A stretch of 32,000 nucleotides of DNA from Aeropyrum pernix K1 (GCF_000011125.1 NC_000854.2:30001-62000); one strand, 5' to 3'; positions 16,423 through 24,128 are shown, counted from the first letter of the stretch. Made by a program: numbers and translations. The notes: generated from the letters alone by a model not told the origin.

Positions 16423-16554
16423 CATAACCTAAATTTCCGGTCCAGATCCAGACTATCCAGCCCCCTTTCCATTCCATTGCGGTTTTACATACACAAAGTT
16501 TTGTAAACCCTATGTGTGAGCCCGGATGCTACTAAAAATAAATTCTAAATACCA

Positions 16555-16591
16555 GGTGCTCTCGTTAAACACCCCATTAACGAGAGGCACC
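16555..16591. promoter_or_regulatory. Strong imperfect inverted repeat GGTGCTCTCGTTAA-N8-TTAACGAGAGGCACC abutting the dut TATA box
   Basis: 10 bp plus 4 bp separated by one bulged G, with an 8-nt loop. Ends 2 nt before TTTAAA at 16594. Confidence 0.4.
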
Positions 16592-16593
16592 CA

Positions 16594-16599
16594 TTTAAA
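16594..16599 (+). promoter_or_regulatory. TATA-like box (TTTAAA) for dut
   Basis: Lies 30-35 nt upstream of GTG 16629. This favours 16629 over 16617 as the dut start, giving a leaderless or short-leader transcript. Confidence 0.4.
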
Positions 16600-16616
16600 G
16601 TTTAGCATGAAGAGAG

Positions 16617-17108
16617 GTGAGTGCAGCCGTGTTCCTAAGCGGAAGAGATCTAGTGTTACTGGGTGTCGTCAAAGGTCATAGCAATGGCGCAATCCAGCCC
16701 GCAGGCGTCGATTTAAGTGTAGGAGAGATAGAATCGCTGGCTGATGCGGGATTCCTAGGCGAAGAGGACAAGATAATGCCTAAAGGGGATAGAATACAAT
16801 GTGAATATGGGGTTTGCGAGCTAGAACCCGGTGCTTACAGGCTTAGGTTCAACGAAGTAGTATCTATACCTCCTGGACACGTGGGCTTCTGCTTCCCCCG
16901 AAGCAGCTTGCTCAGAATGGGGTGCTACCTCGGCTGTGCAGTCTGGGATCCGGGCTATACAGGTCGAGGCCAGGCTATGCTTCTAGTGGCCAACCCTCAC
17001 GGCTTGAGATTGGAGATGGGATCCAGAATAGCTCAATTAGTTGTAGCTAGGGTGGAAGGACCTCTGACTAGTCTGTATAAGGGTGACTACCAAGGCGAGG
17101 GCTTATAA
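16617..17108 (+). CDS. dut: dUTP diphosphatase (archaeal dUTPase/dCTP deaminase superfamily)
   Basis: PAGVDLSVGEI, CFPRSSLLRMG and VWDPGYTGRG are trimeric dUTPase/Dcd motifs. Its size (about 160 aa) fits Dut better than Dcd. The true start may be GTG 16629 (MFLSGRDL...), which is preceded by GAGGTGA. Confidence 0.75.
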   Translation: MSAAVFLSGRDLVLLGVVKGHSNGAIQPAGVDLSVGEIESLADAGFLGEEDKIMPKGDRIQCEYGVCELEPGAYRLRFNEVVSIPPGHVGFCFPRSSLLRMGCYLGCAVWDPGYTGRGQAMLLVANPHGLRLEMGSRIAQLVVARVEGPLTSLYKGDYQGEGL

Positions 17109-17134
17109 TTTTCTAATCATCCTGGGACTTAGAA

Positions 17135-17773
17135 TTAACCTCTTTGGAGCCCCAGTATGCTTTTGGGGACCCAAAGTATGATTATATCCCCAGCAACGTT
17201 TGATATTTTGTCAATAATGCTCTCCAAACCCTTCACGCTAGCCTTCTTCCCGACGCCAGGATCGTTTAGGTAGCTGGCAAGCTCCTTAACGCACACCCCC
17301 AACTCCCTGCTACTAGTATCTAACACAATGTGGAGCCTCTTTCCAGAATCGCCGCTCACAATAAATATTATCATACTGTTGCCAGGATTTCGAGAAAGCG
17401 TTAGATGTCTTTCTATTATGGATATTAGAGAGGTTATAGTCTTCCCCCTCACACGTGCAATTACTGAGCCCCCTATCAATGATAAAGCTACCACCATAGG
17501 GTTACATGCTACTTTCGAAAGATGTTTGGACGGTGTAAATTTTTCTAGGAGATAGGTTTCGGGCATTGCTGTGTTATCGCTGGCTAAATCTTTCGCTTGC
17601 TGCTCGGCGTATGTGGCTGGCTCTATAGTTGGCTCCTGCGTTTTTTCTTCTGTTGATGATGGAAGTGGGCCGGTCATATATAAGCACCCCTTTGGGAAAC
17701 GGGTGGTAGCTCCTTTTAAACCCCTGGCCACTATTAACCCGTTTCCCTCCAAATATTTGCGATTGCCAGACAA
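17135..17773 (-). CDS. Hypothetical protein (possible Roadblock/LC7-like C-terminal fold; N-terminus uncertain)
   Basis: ORF only, with no motif I recognise. A TTTTAAA sequence sits only 3 nt upstream of the TTG at 17773, so the real start is probably internal (for example ATG 17677). AT-rich relative to neighbours. Confidence 0.45.
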   Translation of the reverse strand: MSGNRKYLEGNGLIVARGLKGATTRFPKGCLYMTGPLPSSTEEKTQEPTIEPATYAEQQAKDLASDNTAMPETYLLEKFTPSKHLSKVACNPMVVALSLIGGSVIARVRGKTITSLISIIERHLTLSRNPGNSMIIFIVSGDSGKRLHIVLDTSSRELGVCVKELASYLNDPGVGKKASVKGLESIIDKISNVAGDIIILWVPKSILGLQRG

Positions 17774-17939
17774 AGTTTAAAAGCTGATTAACCCCTGTGT
17801 AATACCGTATCCGTTAAATACAAGTTATCATTATATAGTTTTTTAGCAATAAAAGGCTTCTTCGTTGTAATTAAAACACCAAGTTTTTCATGCTGCAAAC
17901 TCATTCACTCTTAGTTAGTCTCTCGCGGCTATGTACCTT

Positions 17940-19013
17940 TTACTCCAAAATTGTTCCGGGTTTCAACGGTCTTGGCTTCCCTAATAGCCTGCCCTCCCTC
18001 GCCACTTCAACATTCCTGACTTTAAACCTCTCCTCAAGACTAACACGGCCTCTTTCATGGTATGATAAGGCTTCCCAGTATCCATCAACATATTCATCCA
18101 ACAAAACTATTTTCTCAACCCACTTAGCGTGCTTCCAGCCGTAGAGGCTTGGTATGAAGATCCTCGCCGGATAGCCGTTCTCCTCTGGCAAAGGTCTCCC
18201 GTCTAGAAGTAAAGCTACCATGCTTTCATCCCGAAGTGATTCTTCAAGAGGTATGACGGTTGTGTAGCCTCCGGTAGACACGATGGCAACCCAATTAACA
18301 CTAGGTCTTGGTTTTGCCATGTGTATAAGGTGCTTCAGGCTAATACCTTCCCAAACTCTCCCCATCACGCTCCAGCCAGTTACACAGTGGAAATCGAACC
18401 TGCCTCTATCTGATGCAAGCTCAAGGAGGTCGCTGTACGCGAGGCTCAAGGGTTTTTCCACGTTACCCTCTATCCTCAGTCGCCACCCTTTGGTGTCCAC
18501 CTTTTGGAGCCCCTCTGCAGCATATATGATGAACTTTGGGACGATCTTCTGGCCATAGGGCATTTTATCCCTCCCTGGTCCAGAAGGTCTTCTCAGCATA
18601 ACAAGCTCGAGGACCTCACCCTCCCTAACGTCTCTACCCTCGCTTAACTCCTCTAGAATGGGAGCCTCAACAGAGGCCACGCCTAAAAGGGCCCCCGTAA
18701 TGTTTATCACGTATCCCCCACTCTCTACAACCCTAATAACACCAAGGGTTCTCCCGTTACCCTCGAGTTCAAAACTAAACAGGTTGAACCTGTCTCCAAG
18801 ATATTCCCACCCTCTAAACTTGGCCACGCTGGCCTGAACCCCTAGCATCTTCGATAGGAAGGATGAGGCTTCTCTAGCGGCCTCCTTAATATCCTTGTAG
18901 CCTTCAATGCCCTTCATATCCGAAGTACATTCAAAGGGATAAGGTAGGCCAAGTATCGCTGACAGACTGCTCTTTCTGATTATACATCCCAATACACTGC
19001 CTTTAAGAGGCAA
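17940..19013 (-). CDS. Sulfite oxidase-family molybdopterin-binding oxidoreductase (YedY/MsrP-like catalytic domain) with an N-terminal domain of about 160 aa of unknown family
   Basis: FDFHCVTGWSVMGRVWEGISL (Mo-ligand Cys context), GYPARIFIPSLYGWKHAKWVEKI. The TTG start has GGGTGG and ATATTAAG upstream. No signal peptide seen. Confidence 0.8.
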   Translation of the reverse strand: MPLKGSVLGCIIRKSSLSAILGLPYPFECTSDMKGIEGYKDIKEAAREASSFLSKMLGVQASVAKFRGWEYLGDRFNLFSFELEGNGRTLGVIRVVESGGYVINITGALLGVASVEAPILEELSEGRDVREGEVLELVMLRRPSGPGRDKMPYGQKIVPKFIIYAAEGLQKVDTKGWRLRIEGNVEKPLSLAYSDLLELASDRGRFDFHCVTGWSVMGRVWEGISLKHLIHMAKPRPSVNWVAIVSTGGYTTVIPLEESLRDESMVALLLDGRPLPEENGYPARIFIPSLYGWKHAKWVEKIVLLDEYVDGYWEALSYHERGRVSLEERFKVRNVEVAREGRLLGKPRPLKPGTILE

Positions 19014-19154
19014 GCGATGCCACCCAAAATAGACTTAATATGTTGAGATAGTTTAAGAGATCTCGATAATACCTCTCGCTCAAATTTCTAAAGAGTATAG
19101 CTATGGATATGCAAATGCCAAACTCAAATTCTTAAGTTTCAAAAATTTAACCGA

Positions 19155-19262
19155 GGCTGGGGGGAGGCGCGCTGTGGATGCCCCTACCCTGGGAGCCGAT
19201 TCCCCAGGTTCAATAGTCGGGGGTGTGGTGATGTGGTCCTCTCCCGAAGCGCCTCCCCCAGC
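19155..19262. ncRNA. Candidate structured RNA or structured 5' leader: GC-rich nested-stem element, family unknown
   Basis: Outer stem 19156-19170 / 19249-19262 (14 bp, one bulged G). Middle stem 19178-19184 / 19220-19226 (7 bp including 2 G-U). Inner hairpin 19188-19193 / 19203-19208 with a 9-nt loop. Hand count: 67% GC in 19151-19250 versus 30% in 19051-19150. No ORF in the frame of the downstream gene (TGA at 19288-19290). Confidence 0.3.
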
Positions 19263-19293
19263 TTGCGCCAGGATTCGGGTTGGGTGCTGAAGC

Positions 19294-20331
19294 GTGGCTA
19301 GACTAACAAATGCTATACCATTTATCGCTGTTAGCATTATCATAGCTGATCTTGCTATAGCTGTCTACGCGGCGTATGAAGGGCCTTTTCCCGCCGTCGT
19401 ACCGTTAGGATCCCCCCTGGCATATAGAAACATATATATTCATCCGCCCGTAGCCTTCACAACCTACATAATATTCGGTCTTGCAGGCCTGGCCAGCGCC
19501 CTATACCTCTGGAGGAGGGATGTTAGGTTCTCTAGGCTAGCTCTCTACGCCGCAGGACTAGGCGTCATCTACGGCTTCACTACTCTGGCTACAGGTATTG
19601 CATGGGCTAGCGAGTCGTGGGGTGCTCCCTGGAGCTGGGATCCTAAGCAGACTGCCGTTCTTCTCATGCTGCTAGCATACCTAGGCTACTTCCCCCTCAG
19701 GAGTAGCATAGGGGATCCGGAGAGGCGGGAGCTCGTCTCGAGCGTATACCTTGTAGCCTCCCTCAGCCTTGTCATCCTAAGTATACTAGCCAATAGGGTG
19801 CTTGAGAGTCTTCACCCGACTGGAGAGGCGGTAAGGGATTTTGCTTCCGACTTCCAGGCTGGATGGATGTTCGGGGCACGCATGATACTTGCTATAGGAA
19901 CTGGGCTTTCTATGATTGTTCTATCCTACATGAAAACAGGCCTCCCGCGACCCCTGCTCACTCTAGTAGCTATTGCAGCGCTCCTTTCACTGGCCTCAGC
20001 GGTCTATATGGCGGCGCCCCTACTCGAGGGAGAGTATTATAGAGTTGTGAATGCTGAGGTGGGAAGCAACGGGCTGGTATACTCGATAACGGTTGTGAAG
20101 AGCGACGGGAGCGAAGAGACCATCAGATTTTCTACCCCGGTTGAATCTCCCGTAAAACCAGCTACAACTACTGACGGTAGACCCACTTTGACAGGACACA
20201 TAATAGTTCTGAGCGGCGACGGTTCGCTACGGGTTCTACCTCACTGGAGTACGCCTCTAAGCCTTGCACTATACACGATAGCCGTCTTAGCAGGGGTAGA
20301 AATCGCCCGGAGATCCAGCAAGGGTGGTTAG
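19294..20331 (+). CDS. Cytochrome c assembly protein family (CcsA/CcmC/CcmF-like heme-handling membrane protein) with an extra C-terminal domain
   Basis: Trp-rich signature WASESWGAPWSWDPKQT (19603-19653), upstream YRNIYIHPPVAF with a conserved His, multiple TM helices. The C-terminal 110 aa or so form a beta-rich segment plus a final TM helix. Confidence 0.7.
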   Translation: MARLTNAIPFIAVSIIIADLAIAVYAAYEGPFPAVVPLGSPLAYRNIYIHPPVAFTTYIIFGLAGLASALYLWRRDVRFSRLALYAAGLGVIYGFTTLATGIAWASESWGAPWSWDPKQTAVLLMLLAYLGYFPLRSSIGDPERRELVSSVYLVASLSLVILSILANRVLESLHPTGEAVRDFASDFQAGWMFGARMILAIGTGLSMIVLSYMKTGLPRPLLTLVAIAALLSLASAVYMAAPLLEGEYYRVVNAEVGSNGLVYSITVVKSDGSEETIRFSTPVESPVKPATTTDGRPTLTGHIIVLSGDGSLRVLPHWSTPLSLALYTIAVLAGVEIARRSSKGG

Positions 20332-20391
20332 CGGGTAAGACGGAAACATACCCAAACCCCCCTTCTCTAAACACTCGCGGTAACTGGTTTA

Positions 20392-22197
20392 TTGGGGCCT
20401 GGAGCGTTGATTCCCGCTATAGAGAGGCTGGGTAGGAGTGAGGTTGTAGAGATCTCAGCGAGGTCCTCGGATCTCGAGTGGGGGAGAAGAAGACCGGAGT
20501 ACAGCATCTTCTGGTGGCCTGGTCGTAGGCTTGTGGGAGGTGTTAGAGCGGTACTGGCGGCACTTTCAGTCCCCGATCCAGGTGTTGTAGTAGATGCGGT
20601 GGATGGTAGAGGGTTCGAAAAGATTAGAAGTTATACTTCAGGTAAGCTGATTGTGGACCCATTCTCGGGAGGAGGCACTATACCTCTTGAAGCGTCTAGG
20701 ATGGGGTATAAGGCCATAGGCCTTGACTCCAACCCATATGCAGTGAGCGTCGCCAAGGCCTCCTCAACACTCCTCGACGGGAGATGTAGGGGAAAGGCGG
20801 TTTGCCTTTTGGAGGCTGCACAGAGGGCTTGGAGGAAGGTATCGAGTCTGTGGTGTGGGGACTGGTTTTGTATTATACATATATTGCTTGCCAGATGCCC
20901 GCCATGCGAGGCTCCTGCATGGGTTTCTAGGTGGCGGAATGGATCATACTTAGTGTTAGATGAAGGTGGTTTGAAGACGGTATCGGGCATCAGAGTAACA
21001 CCCAACAAGCCGAGGGTGAGCCTGCCAGAGGGGCTGCCGGAAGAGGCGCCTGGGTATGTCGCATACGCTGCAGAGGTCCTCACTCCAAAGGGCAGGAGGT
21101 GGGTTTACCTGGGCGACGGGAAGCTGGGAGAAATGGTGGCGAAATACTTGAGATCAACACTGCCGGCTGCACGGAGCCTTACAGAAGCTCTCAGCGGATT
21201 CCCCGTTCCCCCCGGGAAGGAGACTTCAAAGCTGTTGGCGTCAGGGATATCGGATTTCAAATATTTATATACCCCAAGACAGCTTGCAACAATCTCAGCT
21301 TTCCTAGGCGAGGCGGCACAGGCAGACTGCAGCCTCGAGGCTGCATGCATAGCAGGCTCCTCCTCCAGAGCAGCTAGCCTCCTCGCCATGTACTACCAGC
21401 CAGCCCGAAGGGTTAACCTAGCTTTCGTTCTGAAAACGTACTGGCTCCCGATAAATCCTGTAGAGCTGAATCCCCTCGCCAACACATGCATGCCAGAAAC
21501 TCCGAGAATACACTGCAAGCCAGTAGGCCGCGGCGGTATTTGGGGCCTTATAAAACGGTATATACGTGGCTGCGGCGAGAGCGGGAGTAGCCCAGAGTTC
21601 AGGGTTTGGGATTCCCATAGAGGGTTGCCCGAGGGTATCAGGCCTTACGCGGTAGTGACGGACCCTCCCTACCCTGGTATGCAAAGCTACGGCCAGCTCA
21701 GTCTCGTGTACAGTCTCCCCCATGTGCTGTCCGGTCTTCCGGCTCCTCACTCGTGGAGTGAGATAGACAGCATGTCCAGGTCTTACGTGGAGGATCTATC
21801 ACGGGCTCTAAGCGCCTCAGGAAGCCTCGTAGAGTCTGGCGGTTACATGGTCCTCCTCCTCTCCTCGGGAACTAACAGGGGGGCCACCATCATTGCCAGG
21901 CTAGTCTACAGCCTGGCCAACGATAGCCTAAAGCTAGTAACAATCCTACCTTTAGCGGGAGAATCCCCAGGGAGGCTGGGGAGGAGTCTAAACAAAGTCG
22001 TGTATGTCGTTGTCTTCAAACGGGGTACACCATATTCGAGGAACCCTCTAAAGCCTCTAGAGTGGACGGCTGAGGTAGCGGAGGCAGCTGGCTACGGGCC
22101 AAAGGAGGCTAGTGTTTCTAGAGAGATAGCCTCTATCCTAGCATCAAAGCTCGAGGACCTACTTGAAACTAGCTCCCAGTGCTGCCGCCAATATTAG
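20392..22197 (+). CDS. DNA methyltransferase, COG1743/DUF1156-like (SAM motif I, then a Cys4 insert, then DPPY)
   Basis: FWWPGRRLVGGVRAVLAALSVPDP resembles the DUF1156 N-terminal motif (from memory). SAM-binding VDPFSGGGTIPLEA starts at 20656. CX4C-X8-CX2C (WCGDWFC...ARCPPC). Catalytic DPPY at 21661-21672. Confidence 0.75.
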   Translation: MGPGALIPAIERLGRSEVVEISARSSDLEWGRRRPEYSIFWWPGRRLVGGVRAVLAALSVPDPGVVVDAVDGRGFEKIRSYTSGKLIVDPFSGGGTIPLEASRMGYKAIGLDSNPYAVSVAKASSTLLDGRCRGKAVCLLEAAQRAWRKVSSLWCGDWFCIIHILLARCPPCEAPAWVSRWRNGSYLVLDEGGLKTVSGIRVTPNKPRVSLPEGLPEEAPGYVAYAAEVLTPKGRRWVYLGDGKLGEMVAKYLRSTLPAARSLTEALSGFPVPPGKETSKLLASGISDFKYLYTPRQLATISAFLGEAAQADCSLEAACIAGSSSRAASLLAMYYQPARRVNLAFVLKTYWLPINPVELNPLANTCMPETPRIHCKPVGRGGIWGLIKRYIRGCGESGSSPEFRVWDSHRGLPEGIRPYAVVTDPPYPGMQSYGQLSLVYSLPHVLSGLPAPHSWSEIDSMSRSYVEDLSRALSASGSLVESGGYMVLLLSSGTNRGATIIARLVYSLANDSLKLVTILPLAGESPGRLGRSLNKVVYVVVFKRGTPYSRNPLKPLEWTAEVAEAAGYGPKEASVSREIASILASKLEDLLETSSQCCRQY

Positions 22198-23010
22198 AAC
22201 CCCTCCAAGAGCCTGAAGGGCTGTGAGGTCCTCGCCAAGCAAAAGCACAGCGAGAAGTACCGCGGACAACGGCTCTATAAGACTCATGACCGACACCCTG
22301 TGTGCCTCTATCCTACGGAGAGCGTACACGTTAAGTAAATATGGAGTCACCATGGTGAAGACCGCGAAGTATATTGAAGCGGCCACCTCAACCGAGTTAG
22401 GAGGAAGGCTGGGCTTCAATGCCACGCCTAGAAGAGGGCCCGTAAGTGCTATGGGAGCAAGGCTCACCTCCATAACGCCCGCCCCCCTACTCTGGAAAAA
22501 CCTTGCCATCACTATGTAGAGCGCGTAGAAGAAGCCGGAAGCAACGCCCAGTACTATCCCAAGAAGCCGTAGCTCCCCAGCCTTACCCTCACCTCCCAGA
22601 GATACAAGGGCCGCCCCTGCAAGACCAAGGATTATAGTGACAACATCCCTAACACTCGGGGTCTCACCCAGAAAAACCGTGCCCAACAATGCAACCCAGG
22701 CGGGAGCAGTGTAGAGCAGCAGGCTTGCAACAGCAGCCCCCACAATACTAACAGACATCATATAAGTGTAGTAGAGGGGGGCAAGACCGAGGACCGCTAC
22801 CGCAAAGCTCCTCCTAGTAGGCACAGCACGATAAATAGCCAGTAAGGCTAGGGCTAGGAGAGAGCCCCCTAGTGTCCTCCCAACAATAAGGGTTTCGGTA
22901 TCGGCTCCACGGGCCTCAGCAAGTCTTTGGACAACACCTATGGTGCTCCATAGGAGAGCGGCAGTCAAGGCAGCAGCAACGCCAAGCAGCTCTGAGGACC
23001 TCCTGTCCAT
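22159..23010 (-). CDS. EamA/DMT-family transporter
   Basis: About 10 TM segments in two EamA-like halves. I prefer ATG 23010 (MDRRSSELLGVAAALTAALLWS) over the longer ORF starting at 23049 (GTG, MSVGVWLYGCGCG...). Confidence 0.8.
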   Translation of the reverse strand: MDRRSSELLGVAAALTAALLWSTIGVVQRLAEARGADTETLIVGRTLGGSLLALALLAIYRAVPTRRSFAVAVLGLAPLYYTYMMSVSIVGAAVASLLLYTAPAWVALLGTVFLGETPSVRDVVTIILGLAGAALVSLGGEGKAGELRLLGIVLGVASGFFYALYIVMARFFQSRGAGVMEVSLAPIALTGPLLGVALKPSLPPNSVEVAASIYFAVFTMVTPYLLNVYALRRIEAHRVSVMSLIEPLSAVLLAVLLLGEDLTALQALGGVLILAAALGASFK

Positions 23011-23275
23011 CCCGCAACCACACCCATACAGCCAGACGCCCACACTCACCGCACCATCTTCGTCTAGCAGACTTCACCCGCCCTTCCTGCACCGGATACA
23101 CTGGTAATCTAGCTATGCGGCAGCACTTTACTTGTTCCCACATCAAGTGTTTTCCATAGGCTAAACTTCTATAAAATCGATCCTATTAATGGATACCTAA
23201 TTATGAATACCCTGGCCTATAACCTATAATAACATAGGAAATAGTAGAACCGTATGGAAACTTAAGTTTTGACGT

Positions 23276-23791
23276 ATGTCCTCTGAACCCCGATGGGTGT
23301 CAGGTTTGAGCCTAAACTACTGTATGGTAATAACGAGCGATAAGGTGTATGCAGGTTTGAAGGAGGATAGGATTACTCCCTTAGTCTCTTCCACATTAGA
23401 GTCTCGAGGCCGAAGGCTGGCTGCTGTTACTAAAGTGCGAAACACTTTCGAGGAAATCGTAAGCACAATAGCCTCTATGGCTTCAAGGCGTGAGTGCGAC
23501 ATAATCTTGGTAACGGGGGGCACAGGTCCGGGGCCTCGTGATGTGACGGCGGACGCTGTTTCGAGACTAGCTATTTATACGCTACCCGGCTATGGGGAGG
23601 AGTTTAGGAGGCTGAGCGCCAGCGAGGTAGGCCCCCGCGGCCTCCTCTCAAGAGCAGAAGCATATGTCTTGCCCGGGGGGACACCTGTATTCACAACACC
23701 AGGCAACCCCGGAGCCGTCTCCCTGGCTTTAAAAATAATCCTGGGTCTCGACACGCATCTTGTAGATCAGCTGAAGGGCAAAGGCCACTAG
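23276..23791 (+). CDS. moaB: Molybdenum cofactor biosynthesis protein MoaB/MogA family
   Basis: VITSDKVY and the hallmark LVTGGTGPGPRDVTADAV. Confidence 0.85.
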   Translation: MSSEPRWVSGLSLNYCMVITSDKVYAGLKEDRITPLVSSTLESRGRRLAAVTKVRNTFEEIVSTIASMASRRECDIILVTGGTGPGPRDVTADAVSRLAIYTLPGYGEEFRRLSASEVGPRGLLSRAEAYVLPGGTPVFTTPGNPGAVSLALKIILGLDTHLVDQLKGKGH

Positions 23792-24015
23792 CCACGCCTT
23801 CTATTCTTCGCTGCCCAATATCTGGCATAGCTGGTTCTAATCTCTGCAATGAGAGCAAGCCACTCAGCTGCTTCCACATCTCCCTCCTCTAGAGCCTTCT
23901 CAGCGGCCCTAACAAGGGGCCATACATTTTTTGAGAAGGGCTCGAGACTTTCAAGCTCTTCTTTTATACTCGCGAGCCTACTCTTTAGGAGTCCGCTCCC
24001 CAAAGGCATGAGCAC
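23788..24015 (-). CDS. Small helical hypothetical protein (75 aa)
   Basis: E/K/L/A-rich, coding-like composition. The overlapping plus-strand ORF (23849-24211) is S/R-rich and looks like a shadow. No family recognised. Confidence 0.4.
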   Translation of the reverse strand: MLMPLGSGLLKSRLASIKEELESLEPFSKNVWPLVRAAEKALEEGDVEAAEWLALIAEIRTSYARYWAAKNRRRG

Positions 24016-24128
24016 ATCCCCGATACTTGTTAAGGAGTGGTGGATAGCGGGCCCCGGGAGTGCGAATGTGTTCTTAGAGGTTTACCGATATAAACCTTGT
24101 CCGATCTCCATCACTAGCGGGACCTGTC

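Noticed and set aside
16280-16477. 65-aa minus-strand ORF antisense to the NifX-like gene, with a GGTTTACA promoter-like motif 25-32 nt upstream of its ATG
   Set aside because: Its W/L/P/R-rich composition looks non-coding and it fully overlaps a credible gene. At most it marks an antisense transcript, not a protein. The motif is discussed in the findings.
19207-19216. T-loop-like GGTTCAATAG inside the GC-rich element, suggesting a tRNA or a tRNA with an intron
   Set aside because: I could not build a cloverleaf. There is no 7-bp acceptor stem at the right spacing, no 5-bp T stem flanking a 7-nt loop, and no D or anticodon arms. The 14-bp outer stem is far too long for a tRNA.
19228-19290. 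Possible C/D-box sRNA: GTGATGT (C-box-like) at 19228-19234 and CTGA (D-box-like) at 19287-19290
   Set aside because: There are no internal D' or C' boxes at the expected roughly 12-nt guide spacing and no terminal stem. The C box deviates from RUGAUGA. This is probably a coincidence within a G/T-rich stretch.
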